Part shown: positions 21,000-27,788 of the stretch, in pieces | How positions within the stretch are numbered: position 1 is the first letter of the stretch | How the letters are laid out: every line of letters starts with the position of its first letter | NCBI GenBank assembly: GCA_964609815.1 | Contig: CAZSRV010000001.1 | Coordinates: 12,868 to 59,642 of the forward strand | Origin: an uncultured Candidatus Saccharibacteria bacterium | Lineage (GTDB): Bacteria > Patescibacteriota > Saccharimonadia > Saccharimonadales > 2-12-FULL-41-12 | Direction of reading: 5' to 3' | DNA: 46,775 nt | Notes under the pieces: generated by a model | Seen by the model: only the letters and a program-made list of their open reading frames with translations | What the model was told of the DNA's origin: nothing | Database searches by the model: none | Program-made: the position numbers and the translations under genes

Positions 21000-21006
21000 C
21001 TTCTAA
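19741..21006 (+). CDS. Secreted surface-locus protein, copy 1 (421 aa, ends ...ATSTF)
   Basis: The ATG at 19741 has AGGAGA 6 nt upstream and matches the start of copy 2. It has a signal peptide (GQASA/AQ), conserved Cys pairs (EFCANSPLVGSSC, EFCVGTVDN...NC) and the C-terminus TGSYSVTSTYVATSTF. Confidence 0.85.
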   Translation: MQRMFCVDAMRYKLRQLSTLAITSTLVLSALAPVLFFGQASAAQITERKITMSTSQRAATGVSYAVSFKPATSITATGMVVEFCANSPLVGSSCTAPANGNTLEGFVGNTGSVSGSWVIDGTSDANTLILTHSGATLTAGSTFTVTVSGVTNPTYDSVQPATFYARILTYTGSPTGYTSTSPGSYTDQGGIALTTNNQLQVDARVQEELEFCVGTVDNTVISNATTPANCSAAPFSSATPTVDIGTISSTTTSISPIAVSSGGNNMNGAAMIRTNAVNGATITYFAEQETGSGRLKVAGATCTGSSGFDAGSGVTDQCFGSSSTQGDFSTAGEKFGMTSSDVFRPTGSTTTNLTRDASYDGDGTAASGFAWQQDGTTTTLATSSTVMDYEMLLLRFAARTSATTPTGSYSVTSTYVATSTF

Positions 21007-21032
21007 ATATCAGAATATAGATAAAAGGTTAC

Positions 21033-21062
21033 AAAAGAGTCCGGCTCACCCCGGACTCTTTA
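21033..21062 (+). terminator. Hairpin terminator after copy 1; left copy of a 30-bp direct repeat
   Basis: AAAAGAGTCCGGCTCACCCCGGACTCTTTA has a 9-bp stem AGAGTCCGG/CCGGACTCT. It is identical to 21657-21686. Confidence 0.7.
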
Positions 21063-21202
21063 GTTTATGTGCGCTGACCCATTGACATAAGCGGTTATTC
21101 TGTGTTATATTAACAGGCAGACAAGCGCCAAACGCCTGTCACTAGGAACTTCGTCGTAGTTTATACACTACACCCAGCGAGGTTCTTTTTTATTGGATTT
21201 AT

Positions 21203-21613
21203 CTATCTTGGTGGAAATACCGACATAAAGTATTTGTTGCCAGTTTTGTTATCCTGCTTAATTTGCACGTAAAATAGTTCGTCGTTTGTCGTAATACCTG
21301 CAAATCGATAGACTATTTCGTTTTTACCGTTTGGGTTGCGTTTATCTATTGGTGTCATGCGAGAGTTTTGTATAAGATCAAGTGCTACCGCATATAGCTT
21401 TAGGCGTCGTTTTCTATCTGCCCGAGGCTTTTGGTTAAGATGGCTCCAGAATACATCAATGAACACCTTATCTTTGTCAAAATAGGCGCTCTTGATATAC
21501 GGTGTTCGCTTGGTGCTGTGCGCATGTTTATTGTGTAATGCACGAGCAACTCGCTCAACGTCAATATATGCACGCCCAGGTATCTTTTGTAGTTTTGACT
21601 TATAGACTTTCAT
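21203..21613 (-). CDS. Hypothetical basic protein (136 aa) inside the inter-repeat cassette
   Basis: It is the only ORF between the two 30-bp repeats. It is Lys/Arg-rich and no family was recognised. Confidence 0.6.
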   Translation of the reverse strand: MKVYKSKLQKIPGRAYIDVERVARALHNKHAHSTKRTPYIKSAYFDKDKVFIDVFWSHLNQKPRADRKRRLKLYAVALDLIQNSRMTPIDKRNPNGKNEIVYRFAGITTNDELFYVQIKQDNKTGNKYFMSVFPPR

Positions 21614-21656
21614 TATGTACTATTTTAGCACGAAATCAAGCTACTTAACTCTGATA

Positions 21657-21686
21657 AAAAGAGTCCGGCTCACCCCGGACTCTTTA
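21657..21686 (+). repeat. Right copy of the 30-bp hairpin-containing direct repeat
   Basis: Identical to 21033-21062, with a spacing of 624 bp between copies. Confidence 0.85.
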
Positions 21687-21871
21687 ATTATTACATATCA
21701 TAAGTCTAATGCTGGTAAGGTGTATACTCTCTATAGAACTGCAGTTTTATCCACTACAGGGGTAGCAATTATAAACAGTTTATCCACAGATACAGGTGGC
21801 GGCTATTGCAATATACAAACCACTTATGGTATAAATTAGCTACAACATACAAAAATAAAAAACAATTTAGT

Positions 21872-23144
21872 AAAGGAGAAAACAAATGCAACGTATGTTT
21901 TGTGTAGATGCTATGCGCTACAAGCTAAGACAATTGTCTACTTTAGCAATAACATCTACTTTAGTACTATCGGCTCTAGCCCCAGTCCTATTCTTTGGAC
22001 AAGCTAGTGCTGCTCAGATAACTGAGCGAAAAATAACAATGAGCACGTCACAAAGGGCGGCCACAGGAGTAAGTTATGCGGTATCGTTTAAGCCAGCGAC
22101 ATCCATAACAGCTACGGGTATGGTCGTAGAATTCTGTGCTAACAGTCCGCTTGTCGGTTCTAGCTGTACGGCACCAGCTAACGGAAACACTCTAGAAGGT
22201 TTTGTGGGAAATACTGGTTCAGTCAGTGGATCTTGGGTGATTGACGGAACTTCTGATGCTAATACATTAATCCTAACCCACTCTGGTGCCACATTGACTG
22301 CTGGCAGTACATTTACTGTAACGGTATCTGGTGTAACTAACCCTACCTATGACAGTGTGCAACCAGCTACTTTCTACGCCCGTATACTGACCTATACAGG
22401 TAGCCCAACTGGTTACACCTCAACATCACCCGGCTCTTACACTGACCAAGGTGGTATAGCTCTAACAACTAACAACCAGCTACAAGTTGATGCTCGTGTC
22501 CAGGAAGAATTGGAATTCTGTGTTGGTACTGTAGATAACACAGTTATATCTAACGCTACAACACCGGCTAACTGTTCAGCTGCTCCGTTCTCTAGTGCTA
22601 CGCCTACAGTAGACATAGGTACTATTAGTTCTACAACTACATCAATATCTCCAATAGCTGTATCTTCTGGCGGTAATAACATGAACGGTGCTGCCATGAT
22701 CCGTACTAACGCCGTTAACGGTGCTACCATTACTTACTTCGCCGAGCAAGAAACTGGCTCTGGTCGTCTAAAGGTAGCTGGTGCTACATGTACTGGCTCA
22801 TCAGGTTTTGATGCTGGATCTGGCGTAACTGATCAATGTTTTGGTAGTAGTTCTACTCAGGGTGACTTCTCTACAGCAGGTGAGAAGTTTGGTATGACAT
22901 CTTCTGACGTTTTTAGGCCAACTGGTTCTACAACTACCAACCTAACACGTGATGCTTCTTATGACGGTGACGGAACTGCTGCAAGTGGGTTTGCTTGGCA
23001 ACAAGATGGCACTACGACCACTTTAGCTACATCTAGCACTGTTATGGACTATGAGATGCTACTACTAAGGTTTGCAGCCCGAACATCTGCTACTACACCT
23101 ACTGGTAGTTACTCTGTAACTAGTACATACGTAGCTACATCAAC
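21872..23144 (+). repeat. Copy 2 of the 1273-bp direct repeat
   Basis: See copy 1. The offset between copies is 2145 bp. Confidence 0.9.
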
Positions 23145-23151
23145 ATATTAA
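21886..23151 (+). CDS. Secreted surface-locus protein, copy 2 (421 aa, ends ...ATSTY)
   Basis: The protein is identical to copy 1 except for the last residue (Y instead of F). Confidence 0.85.
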   Translation: MQRMFCVDAMRYKLRQLSTLAITSTLVLSALAPVLFFGQASAAQITERKITMSTSQRAATGVSYAVSFKPATSITATGMVVEFCANSPLVGSSCTAPANGNTLEGFVGNTGSVSGSWVIDGTSDANTLILTHSGATLTAGSTFTVTVSGVTNPTYDSVQPATFYARILTYTGSPTGYTSTSPGSYTDQGGIALTTNNQLQVDARVQEELEFCVGTVDNTVISNATTPANCSAAPFSSATPTVDIGTISSTTTSISPIAVSSGGNNMNGAAMIRTNAVNGATITYFAEQETGSGRLKVAGATCTGSSGFDAGSGVTDQCFGSSSTQGDFSTAGEKFGMTSSDVFRPTGSTTTNLTRDASYDGDGTAASGFAWQQDGTTTTLATSSTVMDYEMLLLRFAARTSATTPTGSYSVTSTYVATSTY

Positions 23152-23186
23152 TCCTTTGCTAAATATAGATTTAGGCAACAATTATC

Positions 23187-23216
23187 AAACAGGTCCCATA
23201 TCTGGACCTGTTTTGA
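23187..23216 (+). terminator. Rho-independent terminator after copy 2
   Basis: AAACAGGTCC-CATATCT-GGACCTGTTT forms a 10-bp stem and runs into TTTTG. Confidence 0.7.
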
Positions 23217-23360
23217 TTTCGCAATTTCCGCACCGCCCAAGCCTGTCCACCGGCGGAGCCGGTAGGTCCGCTTGGGCCTCTTAGGCCTTAGCGATTATTT
23301 TTCCTGTGAGTGCTCCTTCACAGCGTACCATATGTACACTTCTGTCCGCTCCCCAGGAAA
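23217..23360. other. GC-rich, helix-rich intergenic island (possible small RNA or leader)
   Basis: GCCCAAGC (23235-23242) pairs with GCTTGGGC (23270-23277), enclosing ACCGGC-GGA-GCCGGT. GGCC-TCTTA-GGCC follows. TTTCCTG (23299-23305) pairs with CAGGAAA (23354-23360). Confidence 0.3.
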
Positions 23361-23361
23361 T

Positions 23362-23393
23362 AACAACCACTATGGCACTAATTGCAAGAGTTG
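23362..23393 (+). repeat. 32-nt conserved motif upstream of the 345-aa gene
   Basis: AACAACCACTATGGCACTAATTGCAAGAGTTG matches 24499-24530 at 29 of 32 positions. It lies 60 nt before the start codon. Confidence 0.7.
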
Positions 23394-23452
23394 TGTTAGT
23401 TTAAGCATAGACATTTTGGCTGGTCAGAACATATAATAATATGGGATAGACT

Positions 23453-24490
23453 ATGAGGACATATATAAAACAGCTATTTATAGTAGTGATAGCCCTGATA
23501 ACCGTCCTGGCCGGTTGGCCAGCGGGACAGGCTAGGGCGGCTGACCTGAATAATCGCAGTGTTACTATTGGTACTTCTACGCCGTCTGCTACGACGTCTT
23601 ATAGGTTTAGGTTTGACATACCATCGGTCAATACGGTGGGATCTATAGTTATAGAATTTTGCCAGACTAGTCCGCTATATGCAGTAACCTGTGTGTTGCC
23701 TAGTGGTTTTAACGCATCGGCAGCTACGCTGACATCACAGACTGGCGAAGTAGGTTTTAGTATTGACCCCAGTAGCACCAACAATACTATAGTGTTAACC
23801 AGATCACCGTCACTAACATCTATTGGTACAGCTAGATATAATTTTTCTGGTATTGTTAACCAAGATTTTATTGGTACTAGCTATATCAGGGTGGCAACTC
23901 ATGCCTCTACTGATGGTAGCGGGCCGCGCATAGATTCTGGTGGCTTGGCATATTCTACTGCTTATGGAGTATCTGTAGATGCCTATGTGCCGCCATATCT
24001 TACTTTTTGCGTGGGAGTGACTGTAGCTGGTGATTGTAGCTCGGCTACCGGTCAGTTTTTGGGATTTGGCGAGCTGACTAGCAATGCGCCACGTTATCTG
24101 ACTTCTCAGTATGCTGGTGCTACTAATGATCCAGGTGGTTTTAGTGCCTCGGTTACTGGTGTGACCATGACCTCTGGTAGTAATGTTATACCGGCCTTGG
24201 CATCGCCCACGCCGTCATTCCCAGGTACTAGCCAATTTGGTATGAACGTGCGGTCCAATACTAATCCTGGAGTAGGGGCGGATCCTTCGGGACTAGGTAC
24301 ATCTATGCCAACTAGTGATTACTCCCAAGCAAATTTGTTTACGTTCAAAAATAATCAGGTAGTGTCGGCGTCTAATTTGTCTACTGACTTTAATTTGTTT
24401 ACCGTGACGTATCTGGTAAACGTTAGGCAAGGCCAAGCGCCTGGCGTGTATAACACTACCTTGACTTACATTGCTGTCGCTGCGTTTTAA
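23453..24490 (+). CDS. Secreted surface-locus protein, paralogue (345 aa)
   Basis: Signal peptide ending GQARA/AD. It shares motifs with the 421-aa proteins (EFCQTSPLYAVTC, LTFCVGVTVAGDC). The C-terminus is PGVYNTTLTYIAVAAF. Confidence 0.8.
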   Translation: MRTYIKQLFIVVIALITVLAGWPAGQARAADLNNRSVTIGTSTPSATTSYRFRFDIPSVNTVGSIVIEFCQTSPLYAVTCVLPSGFNASAATLTSQTGEVGFSIDPSSTNNTIVLTRSPSLTSIGTARYNFSGIVNQDFIGTSYIRVATHASTDGSGPRIDSGGLAYSTAYGVSVDAYVPPYLTFCVGVTVAGDCSSATGQFLGFGELTSNAPRYLTSQYAGATNDPGGFSASVTGVTMTSGSNVIPALASPTPSFPGTSQFGMNVRSNTNPGVGADPSGLGTSMPTSDYSQANLFTFKNNQVVSASNLSTDFNLFTVTYLVNVRQGQAPGVYNTTLTYIAVAAF

Positions 24491-24498
24491 TTAAACAG

Positions 24499-24530
24499 AA
24501 CAACCACTATGGTACTAATTGTAAGGGTTG
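24499..24530 (+). repeat. Second copy of the 32-nt motif, upstream of the 327-aa gene
   Basis: AACAACCACTATGGTACTAATTGTAAGGGTTG lies 90 nt before the GTG start. Confidence 0.7.
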
Positions 24531-24619
24531 CGATATATACTTAGTAAAAATAGTATTTACAAAAGCTAAAATAATGCTTATAGTTACTGCTAGATATTCA
24601 AACAAATTGGAGGGATAGA

Positions 24620-25603
24620 GTGTTATCTAGAATAAAAAAACTATCAATTGGTGGACTATTGACTTTATTTGCTGTGGCTTTAGTCATGCCATCACTAACT
24701 GTTGTAGCTCAGGACTCAACAGGTAACGGGTTGTTGATTTCGCCAACCAGGACGGAACTAACAGCCAACGCAGGAGAAGTCAAAGACTTTTCTATAACAG
24801 TAAAGAACGTAACCCAGGGTGAAGTTACTGCCAAAGCTTACCTAAACGACTTTGAGTCTGATGGTACTACTGGTACACCAAAGATCATAACTGATGATCG
24901 TCGGACACCTTACACGTTAAATAATATGCTACAAGGTCTAACTGACTTAGAGCTAAAACCGGGTGAGACTAAGCAAGTTAACTTGAACTTAACTTTGCCA
25001 GATGACGTAGCTCCAGGTGCTTATTTTGGCGCAGTGCGTTATGCAGCTGTACCAAAAGGTCAGACCGATGACCAGCAACAGCAGGTGTCACTAACAGCTA
25101 GCGTGGCTCACTTAGTGTTCCTAAACGTTCCTGGTAATATTACAGAGCAGATCAAACTAGAGAAGCTATCTGTTAGCAACGAAAAGAGCCAGACAGGTAT
25201 CTTGTTTAATAAACCTACAACTTCTGCTGTAACTGTAAAGAACTTGGGCAACGGATTCTCTCGTCCTTTTGGTACAGTTAGTATCTACAAAGGCAATAAA
25301 GAGATCTACAAGTACGATGTTAACAAGACCGACCCTAAGGGTATAGTGCTGCCTAACTCTACAAGGGTGTTTGAAGACAAGGTAGAGAACGTCAAAACTC
25401 CTGGTAAATACAAGGCTGTAGCATCAGTTGCTTATGGTAACGGTGGTGAGGTTGTGAATCTTACAACAACATTCTGGTATCTACCAATCTGGTTTATTGC
25501 CTTGCTAGTAGTCATTTTGGCTGCAATCGTCTTCGGTGCCTTCTACTTGTACCGCAAGGTAGCCGGTGGTCGTGCTTCATCTGGCAAAAAATCTAAGCGC
25601 TAA
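24620..25603 (+). CDS. Membrane-anchored two-domain Ig-like surface protein (DUF916/DUF3324-like, CscA-like)
   Basis: GTG start with GGAGGG 5 nt upstream, and a signal peptide (VVA/QD). The N-domain reads LLISPTRTELTANAGEVKDFSITVKNVTQGEV. The C-domain reads VTVKNLGNGFSRPFGTVSIYKGNKE...LPNSTRVFEDKV...PGKYKAVASV. A C-terminal TM helix and basic tail follow. Confidence 0.75.
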   Translation: MLSRIKKLSIGGLLTLFAVALVMPSLTVVAQDSTGNGLLISPTRTELTANAGEVKDFSITVKNVTQGEVTAKAYLNDFESDGTTGTPKIITDDRRTPYTLNNMLQGLTDLELKPGETKQVNLNLTLPDDVAPGAYFGAVRYAAVPKGQTDDQQQQVSLTASVAHLVFLNVPGNITEQIKLEKLSVSNEKSQTGILFNKPTTSAVTVKNLGNGFSRPFGTVSIYKGNKEIYKYDVNKTDPKGIVLPNSTRVFEDKVENVKTPGKYKAVASVAYGNGGEVVNLTTTFWYLPIWFIALLVVILAAIVFGAFYLYRKVAGGRASSGKKSKR

Positions 25604-25627
25604 ATTAAGTAAAATATAGTATAGGGG

Positions 25628-25676
25628 ATAACCCGTCCACACTTTAGAATTTCTACAAAGAGGACGGGTTATTTTT
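25628..25676 (+). terminator. Hairpin terminator after the 327-aa gene
   Basis: ATAACCCGTCC pairs with GGACGGGTTAT (11-bp stem, 23-nt loop), followed by TTTT. Confidence 0.55.
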
Positions 25677-25715
25677 ATAACGCTTATGCTATGATAGTAT
25701 TAAACAGAAGTTAAT

Positions 25716-26612
25716 ATGATAAAAGTAAGAATGATAAAAAAGTTTAGTCTGCTTACTGCGCTGGTGGTATTGGGTACAGTTTTGCTCACCCCAGGCGCTT
25801 TTGCCGCCCAAGAGCAAGGATCGGTTGGTCTGGAGGGCAAAATTAGTTCACCTCCGCCAACTACTCCAGCCACTATAACCTTTCCTAGGGATGGCACGGT
25901 TAGCTCGGAGCAGACAATAACCGTTACCGGTATTTGTCCTAATGGGTTGTTGGTCAAGATATTCAAGAACAATGTGTTTTCTGGCGCAGCACAGTGTAAT
26001 AATGGTAGCTATTCGGTGCAAATTGACTTATTTACCGGCCTGAACGAGCTAGTTGCCAGAGTTTATGATGATTTGGATCAAGCTGGTCCAGACTCTAACA
26101 TAGTAAAGGTAACAGTACCGGCAACATCAGTTAATATTGGCGCCAAAATATCTATAACCAGTAGTTTTGCCAAAAAAGGTGCTAATCCAGGCCAAAAGAT
26201 TGTTTGGCCGATTACTATATCTGGTGGTAACGGGCCTTATGCTATAACCGTAGACTGGGGCGATGGCAAAACGGCAGATATAATATCACAGACCTTTGCC
26301 GGTACGTTTAATATTGAGCATGTTTATGATAACCCTGGTATCTATAATGTGATTATTAGGGCTGTAGACAAAGATGGCAATGTGGCGTTTTTGCAATTGG
26401 TTGGTGTAGGTAACGGCGAGGCCGGGCAAAATGTCAGTACAGAAGCTGGTGATGTTAATGGCGATAACAATAGTCAGCCAGCCAAGGTAAAAGTATTGTG
26501 GTTGCCAGCTTTGATCAGTATCCCGCTGATTATTAGTACGTTTTATGTTGGTCGTAAATACGAACTTCGGGCTTTGCGTAAGCGGCTAGAACAGCGTGAT
26601 GAACCTCGTTAA
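25716..26612 (+). CDS. PKD-domain surface protein with a C-terminal membrane anchor
   Basis: Signal peptide (GAFA/AQ), PKD signature ITVDWGDGKT...HVYDNPGIYNVIIRAVDKDGN, and the C-terminal TM helix WLPALISIPLIISTFYV. Confidence 0.8.
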   Translation: MIKVRMIKKFSLLTALVVLGTVLLTPGAFAAQEQGSVGLEGKISSPPPTTPATITFPRDGTVSSEQTITVTGICPNGLLVKIFKNNVFSGAAQCNNGSYSVQIDLFTGLNELVARVYDDLDQAGPDSNIVKVTVPATSVNIGAKISITSSFAKKGANPGQKIVWPITISGGNGPYAITVDWGDGKTADIISQTFAGTFNIEHVYDNPGIYNVIIRAVDKDGNVAFLQLVGVGNGEAGQNVSTEAGDVNGDNNSQPAKVKVLWLPALISIPLIISTFYVGRKYELRALRKRLEQRDEPR

Positions 26613-26650
26613 ACTTTATAAAAGTGTTATAGTCAGCTAAAATTAATAAA

Positions 26651-27709
26651 ATGCAACAGGGCGCTACTAAAGTTTTTGTAGGTATGAGCGGCGGAGTAGA
26701 CTCTAGTCTGACTGCTCATTTACTAAAAGAACAGGGTTATGACGTGACCGGTGTATATATGAAAAACTGGACCAAAGATTTGCCTGGGTTTGACTGTCCA
26801 TGGGCCGAAGATTACCAAGATGCCAAGCGTGTGGCGGTGTCCCTGGGGATTGATTTTGTGGTTTATGACTTTCAGGATCAGTATAAGCAAAAAGTGGTTG
26901 ATTATATGATAGATTCTTTTAAAATCGGTCTAACACCTAATCCTGACATAATGTGTAATCAAGAGATAAAGTTCCGGCTGTTCTTGGATACAGCGGTTTC
27001 TGGTGGTGCTGACATGATCGCTACTGGACACTATGCCAGGACTAGTGGTGGCCGACTATATAAGGCGGCTAATGCCGACAAAGATCAGACTTATTTTTTG
27101 TACAGAGTAACGCGTGAGGCTCTGGACAAGACACTATTCCCTTTGGGTGATTTTGTTAGCAAAGAAGAAGTTCGTGCCGAGGCCAGAAAACGTGGCATTG
27201 TGACTGCCGATAAAAAAGATAGTCAGGGGATTTGTTTTGTTGGTAAGGTAGGGATTCGTGAGTTTCTGAAGCAATATATAGACGAAGAGCCGGGCCCAAT
27301 TATTGACCAAAATGGCGTAGAGATCGGCCAACATAGCGGAGCGGTATTTTATACGATTGGTCAGCGTCAGGGGCTAAATATCGGCGGCGGACTGCCGTTT
27401 TATGTCACTGGCAAAGATATCGGCCAGAATATTGTTTATGTTAGTAGCGATTTGCAATCTGAGGGCTTATGGACTGACAAGATTAAGTTAACTAGTTTGC
27501 ATTTTATAGGTGACCAGCCAGTTAGCTCTGATGAGTTGCAGGTTCGGACACGCCACCGGGCACCACTGGTGAATGTTCAGGGTATTAATTATTTAGATAA
27601 TGGCGATGTCCAGCTGACTCTAACAGAGGAGATTCGGGCTAATACACCTGGGCAATCGGCGGTGATTTACCGAGCAGATGAGTGTTTAGGTGGCGGCATA
27701 GTTACCTAG
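26651..27709 (+). CDS. mnmA: tRNA-specific 2-thiouridylase
   Basis: PP-loop VGMSGGVDSS, NPDIMCN, ATGHYAR, DQTYFL and DSQGICFVG. Confidence 0.93.
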   Translation: MQQGATKVFVGMSGGVDSSLTAHLLKEQGYDVTGVYMKNWTKDLPGFDCPWAEDYQDAKRVAVSLGIDFVVYDFQDQYKQKVVDYMIDSFKIGLTPNPDIMCNQEIKFRLFLDTAVSGGADMIATGHYARTSGGRLYKAANADKDQTYFLYRVTREALDKTLFPLGDFVSKEEVRAEARKRGIVTADKKDSQGICFVGKVGIREFLKQYIDEEPGPIIDQNGVEIGQHSGAVFYTIGQRQGLNIGGGLPFYVTGKDIGQNIVYVSSDLQSEGLWTDKIKLTSLHFIGDQPVSSDELQVRTRHRAPLVNVQGINYLDNGDVQLTLTEEIRANTPGQSAVIYRADECLGGGIVT

Positions 27710-27720
27710 CACGCGCCTTT

Positions 27721-27776
27721 GCGCAACTTTGCGTGAAAAACACCAGAATCTTGCCCTTTTTCACGCAAAGTTGTGC
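27721..27776. promoter_or_regulatory. 20-nt-arm inverted repeat between mnmA and fic (terminator and/or operator)
   Basis: GCGCAACTTTGCGTGAAAAA, a 16-nt spacer, then TTTTTCACGCAAAGTTGTGC; 19 of 20 positions are complementary. TATAAT follows immediately, 6 nt before the fic ATG region. Confidence 0.6.
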
Positions 27777-27788
27777 TATAATATACTT

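Noticed and set aside
21033-21686. CRISPR-like array.
   Set aside because: There are only two 30-bp repeats, separated by 594 bp that contain a protein-coding gene. No cas genes are present and there is no regular spacer length.
23217-23360. SRP RNA, 6S RNA or riboswitch identity for the GC-rich island.
   Set aside because: I could not find the SRP domain IV GGAA tetraloop with its symmetric-loop motif, or any riboswitch core I recognise. It is kept only as an unclassified structured element.
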